A DNA stretch of 63,004 nucleotides from a virus (IMGVR_UViG_3300024265_000049:1-63004); one strand, 5' to 3'. Shown: positions 47,764-56,613, counted from the first letter of the stretch. Translations and numbers: made by a program. The notes: a model not told the origin generated them from the letters alone.

Positions 47764-48108
47764 TCAACGCCCAGATCTTGTTCCCCATACCGTCGCCCCT
47801 TCTCTGTAATAGCCCGGGGCCATCTCGAGGCCCTTGGCTTGCCGTTCTCTTGCCAGGTCACCATGGCCTAGCAACGAATTCATCAGCCGACCTACCGACC
47901 GGCCACACTGTTCAGCTGCCAAGAGTAGGCCAAGCACCCAAGAGTTGAAGTGCTTCCCGCGGGATACCTTGCCGTGCTTCTGATTCTGCCACTTGACCAC
48001 CAGCCAACCGCCTTCGCCGTCCCGATCGGGCTCGAAGGCCCACGCCTTGACGGCACTGGAGCCCTGGACCTGATGAATAAGCCGGCCGGCGTTTTTGGTG
48101 ATGTCCAT
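47764..48108 (-). CDS. KTSC-domain-like protein
   Basis: SSAV.A..F......G.L.V.W......L..A..SVGR..N pattern. Confidence 0.45.
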   Translation of the reverse strand: MDITKNAGRLIHQVQGSSAVKAWAFEPDRDGEGGWLVVKWQNQKHGKVSRGKHFNSWVLGLLLAAEQCGRSVGRLMNSLLGHGDLARERQAKGLEMAPGYYREGATVWGTRSGR

Positions 48109-48157
48109 CTTGGTCCTTTTTCGGTTGGTTTCGACCGGTCCCCCCGGCCACAAAAGA

Positions 48158-48186
48158 AGAGTACTGCACTCTTGGGGAGTTGTCAA
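48158..48186 (-). promoter_or_regulatory. early sigma70-type promoter
   Basis: TTGACA-N17-TACTCT; near-duplicate of 49781..49809. Confidence 0.7.
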
Positions 48187-48349
48187 CCCCTAATCGTGGA
48201 TTTCTCGGACTTTCTCGTGACCTCTCCAGTTCCAGTACGTTTCATCGCCTTGCCGCACCAGATGCAGTCCATGCTCACTAAAAGTTTAGCCGTCACGGCA
48301 TAGATCCCCGTGTCGCCGCACTCGCACCTAAAAAACACAGCCCGTTTTT

Positions 48350-48787
48350 TCACCGCACACCCCCTAACAGTTCAGCCGCCTCGCGCGCCGTGGACACGTT
48401 TGTCGATGTCACATCATCGCCAACCCAAATCCCAAACCTGCCACACGCACGCCGATAGGCGATAATCTCGCCATCGTTGTCCATTAGCACCTTGCCGACC
48501 CCGAGAGCCGTCAGCGCCACCTCAAAAGCATTGGTAGCTCTCCAAGCTTCCATCTCCTGACGGTCGGCTTGCGTAGGTCGGTGCCCCTGAGACTCCCTGA
48601 GAGCTACCTGCCAAGCCTTCGGCCCTATCTCAGCAATGAGCTCCCCTTCGTTCAGGCTTAGGTAGGCTTCTTGCGTCTCGTCCCTGAACTTGGCATCCCG
48701 CTCAGTCTCGCCGGACTTCTCGGGCCAAATGCCAGACTTCCGGCACCTGGCCTCGAACGTAGTAAGAAAATCGTCTGCTGTGGCCAT
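48350..48787 (-). CDS. hypothetical protein (MATADD copy 1)
   Basis: GAGGAG RBS; N-terminus duplicated at 49451. Confidence 0.6.
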   Translation of the reverse strand: MATADDFLTTFEARCRKSGIWPEKSGETERDAKFRDETQEAYLSLNEGELIAEIGPKAWQVALRESQGHRPTQADRQEMEAWRATNAFEVALTALGVGKVLMDNDGEIIAYRRACGRFGIWVGDDVTSTNVSTAREAAELLGGVR

Positions 48788-48814
48788 GGTCTCGAGCTCC
48801 TCTCTTCATTGGTT
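48644..48814. repeat. ~170-bp imperfect direct repeat, copy 1
   Basis: 73-bp exact core 48716..48788 = 49380..49452. Confidence 0.9.
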
Positions 48815-48908
48815 GAGTGTCAGTTGTAACGGACGAGCTTGTCGAGCTCTACCGGGATGCGCGGGCAGATCCTGACAACCCCGGCGAGGGTGGCGGGAGA
48901 GTAGGGCA

Positions 48909-49451
48909 TCAGGCGGCCTCTTCGAGGTCGACCAGCAGGTTCTGAAGGATGGCGACATCCGACTCGTCGTTGGTCCAGAAGATCCCTTTGCCGAGATCGA
49001 CCCAGCCGAGGCGCTCGAGGCGGTCCCGAGTGATCGGCGCTGACATCCGGCCGTCGACCCAAAGAGTCCAGACGGTCAGGATCCCATTCCTCATGTAGAG
49101 GCTGAGCTTGGCGGTTCCGACTTGTCGATTCTCGAAGATTGGCATCTGTGCTGGAGAAGCGGAGGGCAGCGCCCGAAGCTGCTCGAGGCGGTAAGCGTTC
49201 CAGTTTTTGTCCGTGAAGTGTCTAGTGCCGGCCATGTCTTTTTTCCTCGGGTTGGTGGTCTTCGGCCCGCTCAACCGACCCCGGCGGGTCGGCTCAGCGG
49301 GCCGGAGCCCTTCATTCAAATTCAGGTAAGCTTCTTGCGTCTCGTCCCTGAGCTTGGCATTCTGCTTTGTCTCACCGGCCTTCTCGGGCCAAATGCCAGA
49401 CTTCCGGCACCTGGCCTCGAACGTAGTAAGAAAATCGTCTGCTGTGGCCAT
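48909..49451 (-). CDS. MATADD copy 2 fused in frame to a second gene (internal start 49235)
   Basis: Duplicated 48-aa N-terminus, then a hairpin and GAGGA RBS before MAGTRHF. Confidence 0.5.
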   Translation of the reverse strand: MATADDFLTTFEARCRKSGIWPEKAGETKQNAKLRDETQEAYLNLNEGLRPAEPTRRGRLSGPKTTNPRKKDMAGTRHFTDKNWNAYRLEQLRALPSASPAQMPIFENRQVGTAKLSLYMRNGILTVWTLWVDGRMSAPITRDRLERLGWVDLGKGIFWTNDESDVAILQNLLVDLEEAA

Positions 49452-49479
49452 GATCTCGGGTTCCTTCTCTTCGTTGGTT
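49308..49479. repeat. ~170-bp imperfect direct repeat, copy 2
   Basis: See 48644..48814. Confidence 0.9.
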
Positions 49480-49780
49480 AACTGGCCCGTCCGCTCTACC
49501 ATGGCTTGCAGATCCCCGGGACGGTCCCTTTTGCGACCTCGTTTGCAAGCGTCCGGACCGGCCAGTCAGTGTGTATCTCGAGCCAGTCGGAGCTAGCGGT
49601 CAGGAGGTAAGCCGCGATCTTGTCGCAAGCGACGCGAGCGGGATGATCAGCGGGGGCGCCGGCTACCATCTCTTGCAAGGTTGCGAGCTCGGTTGTCATC
49701 CGGTCGCGAATAGCGGTGTTGGTAGCGTTCATGTCTTGATCTCCGTTTTGGTTTTGGCGTCGCGCCCGATTGCTAAATAC

Positions 49781-49809
49781 AGTGTATCGCACTCTTGGAG
49801 TACTGTCAA
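49781..49809 (-). promoter_or_regulatory. early sigma70-type promoter
   Basis: TTGACA-N17-TACACT. Confidence 0.7.
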
Positions 49810-50213
49810 CCCCTAATCGTGGAATCAGTCAAGGTTTCTCGCCTGGCCCTCAGCTGCTTCACCTTATCCATCGCCTGATACGCACGAAAAGACGGGCTGT
49901 CAATCTCCCTCATCCCGTGATCACAAGCTTCTCGAGCAGATTCAAAAACCTCCACTTCGTGCTCCGGCACAGCACCAACTCGGGAAATTCGCAAAGCCAA
50001 GAGCGCAAACTCCCCTCCTCTGGAAGAGTGGCAAGTAGCCCACCCGCTGCAACACTGATCAGGACCCGCATGGCACATAAACAGCGCAGCCAGTTGACTG
50101 TGCGTCTCGCCATCGTAGTCCAGAAGCTTTGCGTACTCGCTCGCATCCCACACTCCCGAGGCAACGTCTTTGCGGTAAGGGCAGGTGGCGCAAGGCCGTG
50201 GTCTGATTTTCAC
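49806..50213 (-). CDS. DUF6283-like protein
   Basis: RPRPCATCPYRKDVASGVW...EY.KL.DYDG, FMCH and CSGW. Confidence 0.7.
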   Translation of the reverse strand: MKIRPRPCATCPYRKDVASGVWDASEYAKLLDYDGETHSQLAALFMCHAGPDQCCSGWATCHSSRGGEFALLALRISRVGAVPEHEVEVFESAREACDHGMREIDSPSFRAYQAMDKVKQLRARRETLTDSTIRG

Positions 50214-50560
50214 TCCCCAGCCCCCAAGCCCACTCCATTGCGCGGCAGGAACCGACCCGCCCCGGGCTCGCCGGCTGGCACACGGCCATAGGGGTACGGC
50301 TGGACCCGGAGCCGGTTGGACTCGCGGAAATAAGTGTCCGCCATCCCGTGCAACGCCGCCCCGAACTTGCCTCCATTGCGCTCCCTGACCCGCCTCAGCA
50401 GCGCCTCAGCCTCGGCCAAGACATTGACAGTCCTGCGGCACAGACTCACCGGCTCGCCGCTCTCAGGCTGGCAATACACCCGCGGAGGACCGGGAGTGCC
50501 TACCGGCAACTGGGGAACGTCCATCCCGCAGGTCAAGCAAGCAAACTGCAAACTTTCCAT
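50210..50560 (-). CDS. Zn-binding hypothetical protein
   Basis: CxxCG...G.P..YC...C; AGGAG RBS. Confidence 0.55.
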   Translation of the reverse strand: MESLQFACLTCGMDVPQLPVGTPGPPRVYCQPESGEPVSLCRRTVNVLAEAEALLRRVRERNGGKFGAALHGMADTYFRESNRLRVQPYPYGRVPAGEPGAGRFLPRNGVGLGAGE

Positions 50561-50623
50561 GACGAATCTCCTTTCAGGTCGATTACCTTAGAACCTATTC
50601 GCCGCCGTGACGCGACCCCTTGC

Positions 50624-51211
50624 CTAGCCTACCCCTTGGCGTCTTATCGCGCTGAGGGGGCCTAAGGGCCCCAGGGCTACTGCCAGCGCTTCGGCCATGG
50701 CTGGCCCCAGTTCATGGCCAGATCCCATTCCGGCAGGCTTGCCCTCCCAGTGGCACAGAACGAACCACGACATGGCAGCTATCGACACCTCGACCCGGAC
50801 CCCCTTGTCGTAAGCCGCTGCCATCACCTCAAGCGCCCAGGAGTCAGTAGGCTCCGGATACAGGGCGAAGACCAAGTGACTCAGCTTGTCCTTGATCTGA
50901 TCGACAAACGACCGACACTCTTCCTCAGTCTTCCGAACAGTCCAGAACGGCACCCCCTCGAGAGTCCGGCCGCCACACTGCCAAGCCTTCGGGGCAATGC
51001 CGAGGGCCTGGCAGACCATTGCCACCTTGTCGCCATAGTCCTTGGTCAACTGGAAGCGACCCCCACAGGTAGGACATGTTCCGCGCCTGATCGCGAGATA
51101 CATATCCACCTCGGCCCTTGCTAATCTCAGAGTGCCGCCCTCAGCATCCCGGCAAGCCTTGATTGCCCTGGTCTTCTCTCCCCTGTCTGCCAACTCCTTC
51201 CAGTACTCCAT
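50624..51211 (-). CDS. protein with N-terminal ribosomal L7/L12 CTD-like segment and CxxC
   Basis: GEKTRAIKACRDAEGGTLRLARAEVD resembles the L7/L12 consensus G.KI.AIK..R..TG.GLKEAK..V(E/D); AGGAGG RBS. Confidence 0.5.
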   Translation of the reverse strand: MEYWKELADRGEKTRAIKACRDAEGGTLRLARAEVDMYLAIRRGTCPTCGGRFQLTKDYGDKVAMVCQALGIAPKAWQCGGRTLEGVPFWTVRKTEEECRSFVDQIKDKLSHLVFALYPEPTDSWALEVMAAAYDKGVRVEVSIAAMSWFVLCHWEGKPAGMGSGHELGPAMAEALAVALGPLGPLSAIRRQGVG

Positions 51212-51319
51212 CGTTGCCTCCTTTCCTGTTTACCCGGCCATGAATCCCGCTTCCCTGAACCTCGCCTCGACCGGGCACGGTTCGCCCGCCTCGTGCAAAT
51301 CAGCCGCCGTCCCGTGATA

Positions 51320-52534
51320 ATTCCAGGCACCCAGCATCCCCGACTGTAGGCCCAAGTGAGGGTCTTTCAGCCTTCCAGTGATCCTCCAGCGACTCAGCCC
51401 CTATCTCTGAGCCTCGCTTGTCCTTTCCCGTAGCCCGCCAGGGTGGGCATGAAAACGCACCTACAGTTTTTTGGCCTGGACGTCGCTGGTCGCTACCGTG
51501 GGATCACATACCCACTCGTTGCCAGGAAATCGGAGCGTTACTCCCGACCGGGTCTTTCTAGCGTGGAGACACGCGCCGAGCACCGCAGGCTTGACGACTT
51601 GAAATACCCTTGAGATTTCAGGAGTCAGGGACAATCAACACTCCGTTTGCGGCAATTGGGCTGTAGCTCTGAAGCGCAGAAGAGGACTCTTGGAGGTGTG
51701 CTACTACGCCAAAAGCTCCAACGGTCAGCTTGGGAATCATCGGGGGTGCCGCGATCGGCATTCTTAACGAGCCTCGGTCACTCGCCCACCAACTCAAACC
51801 CGCAGTTCCTTTCGTACTGTGCGGGCAAACCCTTGCTTGCGCTACTTTCTTTCTTGGGGTCACGGGCTATCGCTAGATTGACTCTGCCCCCGGTGGAACT
51901 TCACCCGTTTCCGGGCTAAGAAGGGCCGGGTTTGTACTTGGCCAGTGTCGCTCGCTGCGGCCGTCCAGATTTCGCGCTCCGTGTCGCTACGCCGCAACAA
52001 ACTCTACACCGGGCACTTGCGGATGTCTCCGCAAGGTCGCTCCACAGGCGTCTATTCCTGCTTGAGGCGGGCATTTCCTCCACGCCTGCGCGACTGTCAA
52101 GGCGGCTGGTTGCTCCGGATCACCTGCGCAGGCATCCGGATAATACGACTCGCTACTCCTTAGAGGATGGCTGCTTCCAAGCCAACCTTCCCCCAAGGGT
52201 CCACTACTGCGCTTCAAAGATCTGCTCTCAAGAGCTTCATGATCATGGAGCTCTTGAGTCTTTCCAGGGTTCCACGCTACTTGTCAGCTGCGGGGCTATC
52301 GGCAAGGTGCCTTCCTCCCGTCCTCCATGGACGGCGCTGCACAAGTAGTGTGGAACCCTGGCCTATGACCGCTCCCTGTCTACCGCGTCGCCTACTACCG
52401 CCTAGCTAGCCAAGCGTCAGCCGCGCGAGACTGTGGCCTTCCCTGGGGTCTCCAGGGCACAGGGGACGCGCAAGCCGGACAGCTGGCGAGCTGCGGCAGG
52501 AGCAAGTGACTTAGTGACATAGGAAACGGTCATC
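51320..52534 (-). ncRNA. large structured ncRNA (GOLLD-like candidate) containing a split 23S rRNA H43/H44-like motif
   Basis: No credible ORF; many nested helices (52365-52377/52521-52533, 52264-52284/52341-52361, 52226-52258, 51667-51679/52207-52219, 51684-51696/52190-52202, 51343-51350/51460-51467, 51322-51328/51474-51480); GAAA tetraloop at 51904-51915; own promoter. Confidence 0.85.
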
Positions 52535-52540
52535 AAAAGC

Positions 52541-52570
52541 AGTCTACCGGGACAGAGCCCCTCGAGTCAA
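52541..52570 (-). promoter_or_regulatory. promoter of the large ncRNA
   Basis: TTGACT-N18-TAGACT; predicted +1 (~52534) coincides with the first base-paired segment. Confidence 0.65.
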
Positions 52571-52687
52571 GGACCAAAAGCAAACGGCCCCAGATTGCAG
52601 GTCCAGGGCCGATTGGGATGATCGCCTAGCCATGTCACCGGCCAGAAGAATTCTATTCTGGCACAGACGGCGGGGCGGTGTCAAGGG

Positions 52688-52933
52688 CTACCCGCCTCCG
52701 ACGTGTTCAGTTGCACTATCGCACGGATTTCGCGGTGCACGAGCAACCCACTCTGCCCCATCGTACACAGCAGGGAAATACACCCACTTAGCACTCCATG
52801 CAGTGAACGGCTTCCCCTCCTGGATTCCGAACCCGTCGTCAAACTCCGTTTCAAGCTCTTCCTTTGACAGGGTGCATTTCAAGATCTTATCGCCACTTGC
52901 GGCGAACTCAATCCTCTCTTTCCAAGTAGCCAT
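52688..52933 (-). CDS. hypothetical protein
   Basis: GGAAGG RBS; aromatic-rich FTAW...VYFP.VYDG.EWV. Confidence 0.6.
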   Translation of the reverse strand: MATWKERIEFAASGDKILKCTLSKEELETEFDDGFGIQEGKPFTAWSAKWVYFPAVYDGAEWVARAPRNPCDSATEHVGGG

Positions 52934-53760
52934 CGTACCTTCCCCTTTCGTTTGTTTACCCACACAGGCGCCCGTAGCGCCCCTGTGCTCGTCGATCTCC
53001 TGTGCCCCGCTGCCAGAGTAGGACACGCTTGTGAAGTCTAACCAGCGGCCTGCTGCGGCTTCTCGGGCGGTTCGGGCTCTACTTGGCCCAAGTCGTCGGG
53101 AATCACGATCTGTCCGACCACAAACGCCAGGTCTCTCGCCCTTTCCGCATCCGCCTCCTCGCGGCCCAAAAACCGCCTGCATGCCACCTTTTCGAGTAGC
53201 TTGCGGGCAGCTGCAACGCCGAGGGCGAAGCCACGTCTTTCCGCTACGCCAATTTGCGTGAAACTCTCTTTCATCGTTTCTCCTTGTTGGTTATCTACCG
53301 TTTCAAGGCGCCGCCGTGGGTTAACGGCTCGCATGCGCCGAGCGCCACCCGCTTCGATCGCTACCGTTTTGTTATCAATGATTCCCTTGGTCAGCATCTC
53401 GGCAGCAGTGGCCAGCCATTTCGCGTCGTTCTCGGGCATGTCCTCCTCGTCAAGGGCGAGGTGAACCACGGTATAGACCATGGCTGGCAGTTCGCTTCGT
53501 TCTCTCATGCCAAAAATTCGCCGTGCCGCTGCTACACGCCCAAGCGCTTGCGCGAACGCAAGGCCGCCAGGGCCTTTGCATTCCACCTTCCCTCCCTCTG
53601 GGGTATTCACTGCCTCTATCCGCATCTTCATTGCTGTCTCCTTCTGGCAAAGCACCTGCCAGCCCCTTCCGGGCTACCCCTGGCGCGGACGCCATAGAGC
53701 TGACAAGTGGTGTGACTTACGGTAGACTCGACGGCTACTACAGCGACCGACGCGGAAAAA

Positions 53761-54129
53761 TCATTCGATGCCGAGATGTGATTCAAGATCGCTGAGCAAC
53801 TGGTCGGTCGGAAAGATGCCGATTGGCCGATCATCGAGCGTCAGCGTTCCGCTATGAGCGTCCACGGGGCTCGGCTTCTCCTCTATCCACCGGCGCTCGA
53901 GCAGGATCCGATAGCCGGCCGGGTTGTCGCCAAGGCCACCGCCAGTGACCTTCCCAAGTTTCTTACTCTTGAAGCTGAAGGCTGCGCCGTGCTTCTCGTA
54001 GTTGACGGCGCAAGCGCGCAACGTCTGGAAAACCATGGCTTCGGCCTCGGTCTTGCCGGCGAACTCGCACAGAACAAAGCTGTCCGGCATCGCGGCGTTG
54101 ATTCTTTCGATTCGGTCGATCGTTTCCAT
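53761..54129 (-). CDS. hypothetical protein
   Basis: GGGAG RBS after a repeated leader. Confidence 0.55.
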   Translation of the reverse strand: METIDRIERINAAMPDSFVLCEFAGKTEAEAMVFQTLRACAVNYEKHGAAFSFKSKKLGKVTGGGLGDNPAGYRILLERRWIEEKPSPVDAHSGTLTLDDRPIGIFPTDQLLSDLESHLGIE

Positions 54130-54164
54130 GTCATCTCCCGTTGTGCGCCCCGTGGCGCGGTTGC

Positions 54165-54764
54165 TCAGTCCCAGTAGGCCGAGGTGTCCTGAAAGTCGGG
54201 CCGGTTCTCTTCCAGCCATTCAACGCAAGCTGCGCGTTCTGGGCTGTGATGCCCTGGATCGACCTTCACCTCGAAAGCGACGACGTCATTAGCTCCGACC
54301 ACGCGGCCGATCTGCGACTTCTCTTTGTCCGCCAGGTAGTTGTCCGTGTAGCCGCCCTCGGGCTCGGTCTCGATTCGATAGTAGGCGACCGGACGCATAT
54401 GGGCCGACCGGTCGTAGAACGCCGCTTTGTAGAAGATCGAGGCGCGCAGTCTACCAAGCTCGTCCAACAAGTCGGAGTGCATGGCGTGGCCTGTGGCCCG
54501 CTTCTCCCACCCTTCAGGCAACTCGACGTAGGCGAACAAGTCGTCAGCTTCGCCGAGGAACGCAATTCCCATCGCTTCGAAGGCCGCTCGAGGGCGCGCG
54601 TCTTTTGGCAGCGTGAGGCTTTCGACCAATGCCTTCTGGCCCGCTGCTTCCTGACGCTCGATCCCGCCGGGAGAGGAAGCGACTAGAAAATTCTCCATAT
54701 CGTCTCGGGCTAGCGCTCCGACAGCTGCGGCGTTCATGCCGGCCGTGTCGATCTTGTTCATCAT
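54165..54764 (-). CDS. hypothetical protein
   Basis: GGAG RBS after a repeated leader; GC3-rich codons. Confidence 0.65.
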   Translation of the reverse strand: MMNKIDTAGMNAAAVGALARDDMENFLVASSPGGIERQEAAGQKALVESLTLPKDARPRAAFEAMGIAFLGEADDLFAYVELPEGWEKRATGHAMHSDLLDELGRLRASIFYKAAFYDRSAHMRPVAYYRIETEPEGGYTDNYLADKEKSQIGRVVGANDVVAFEVKVDPGHHSPERAACVEWLEENRPDFQDTSAYWD

Positions 54765-54811
54765 CGGTTCTCCGGTTGTGCGCCCCGTGGCGCGGTTGAT
54801 GTGATTCTGTA

Positions 54812-54920
54812 CCCTTCGGCAATACCTGCCGCGCGGTGATGGGACGAAGACGGGTCGTATCCTTGGGGGTCCTGGCGGGCTAGCAGCGGGATATGGGACG
54901 CGGCAGGTATTGCCGAAGGG
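54812..54920. repeat. perfect 22-bp inverted repeat with 65-nt spacer
   Basis: CCCTTCGGCAATACCTGCCGCG (54812..54833) and its reverse complement (54899..54920). Confidence 0.9.
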
Positions 54921-55988
54921 CAGCTTGGGGGTCGGGGGTCCAGCGGGTCAAACTCTTAGTCTGTCAAAGGCAATTCGGGCATTTGGACCCATCCATCGTC
55001 TGACCACTTCCAGACTTCTCCGGTATTAGTCAGCACAAAAACTACCGCCCCGGTTGTCCCCCAGAAAGCCTTGATTTCTGTGATTTTACGGTCCACGGAA
55101 TCCCCCTTCTTTTGTCTTCGGTTACGAGCAGCCGACCGGCGGATCCAGTCGGCTCATCGAGCCCGAAGGCTCTAGCGAGAGGAAGAAGGCGAGGCCGGCC
55201 GTGTGGCCCGCCTGCTCAGTTCAGGGCATCGTCGCTTCCATCTCCCTCATGTAACGCTCTCCGGCAGTCTCCATCGATTCCGGCAAGTTGATGTAGCCGG
55301 TACCGGTGAAAGCCATTCGACGGCCGTTGATGACGTCGACGGAATAGTGGCGGTCGTTGAAGAATACAATCATATGCTTATCTCCTTGAGCAGGACCGGA
55401 GTAATTCCGGCCCCGTCTCCTTCCTCTCGTCGCAAGAGGGAAGCGGCAGGGCGACCCCTGCGGGCGCCTCGTCGATCCTAGGAACACAATAGATGCGGGC
55501 TGAGCGCTGGCGGTGTGAAGCAGCCGAGCGAACCTGCCGAGTCCTTGACCTTGACCGCCGGAACGATCGTCTCATCGCCGTTTCCGGTTCTGAAACGGGC
55601 GAACCCTACGGAGCCTTTCTGGTAGGCCGCGATGACGGTTCCAGTGATCAGCTTGCCGCTGAAGTGTAGGACGCGTTCGTGAACGCTGCCCACTGTTACG
55701 GTGTAGCTGCCGAGGCCGAGGTCTGAAAGTGTGATGATCATGAGTGATCTCCTGAAACGGCCGAGCGGATGTATTCCGCCCTCCCGCTTCCCTCTTGCTC
55801 CGGTCTCGTGACCGGCCCTACTGAGCCCTGGCAACTGCTCTCGTTCGCCTTCGGTGTCACCCGTTGGCCGGCTTGGCTGCCTCGCCTTTCGTCCCGTGTC
55901 TCGCCGCGTCTGGAGCTGCCAGCGATCAGGGTCTGATTTTCAAAGAGGTTGCCGGCTGGGTTTTGCGTGCGCCCCGTCGACAAGAAGC

Positions 55989-56017
55989 AGTGTATGCGAG
56001 GGCTAGTCGGAAGTCAA
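55989..56017 (-). promoter_or_regulatory. early sigma70-type promoter at the divergence point
   Basis: TTGACT-N17-TACACT. Confidence 0.65.
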
Positions 56018-56155
56018 CCAGAATCTGACTATGCGGAGACATTGGCCAAACCTGGATCTAGTTTTGTCTATATGCAACTAGACCTTGACTAGACAGTGCG
56101 AGACGGCAAAGAATGACCGAGGCGCACAGAAAACGCGCCCCATGAAAGGAGCCAA

Positions 56156-56404
56156 ATGGCCCACCTGACAATCGGACCAGTTGAAGACAAGCTGAAAGAA
56201 CGCCTCGAGAGAACGGCTCTGTTGATCAACCGGTCGGTTTCGTGGTACGTGCGTGTCGCCCTGGACAAACAGACAGCGGCAGACCTCGACATAGAGCCGC
56301 TGGGCGTCCATGTCGTGTCTGTTGGCATGTACTCCCAACGCAAGGAACAGCACCGCATAGAGGCCGAGGCCAACAGCATCGCCGTAGACACGGAGAAGCC
56401 ATGA
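56156..56404 (+). CDS. ribbon-helix-helix (CopG/Arc-like) regulator
   Basis: LTIG.VED.LKERLE..A....RSVSWYVR.AL; AAGGAG RBS; divergent from the early promoter. Confidence 0.65.
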   Translation: MAHLTIGPVEDKLKERLERTALLINRSVSWYVRVALDKQTAADLDIEPLGVHVVSVGMYSQRKEQHRIEAEANSIAVDTEKP

Positions 56405-56613
56405 ATTACCTTGTCTGCTACCTGCTGATACTTCTCGTGTATCGAGTCTGGAACGCTGGAACTCGGCCGGCTCACGAAGAGTGCCAGCAATGCGGTCTTT
56501 GGATCGGGGACCCGCCACACGGAGAGCCTCGGATTTGTCCTGTATGCGAAACGCCGATGCTCGCAGCCGGATCAACCCTGAGGCAGACTTGGGACTGGAG
56601 AAAGCTTTGACCG

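Noticed and set aside
52151-52190. Calling this an rRNA gene
   Set aside because: Only the H43 and H44-like pieces match 23S; the flanks are not rRNA.
51618-52409. Short ORFs within the structured region
   Set aside because: No RBS or recognisable motifs; the base-pairing explains the region better.
55125-55175. Hammerhead ribozyme (CTCGATGAG...CGAAGAC on the minus strand)
   Set aside because: The core deviates from CUGAnGA/GAAA and a three-stem junction could not be built.
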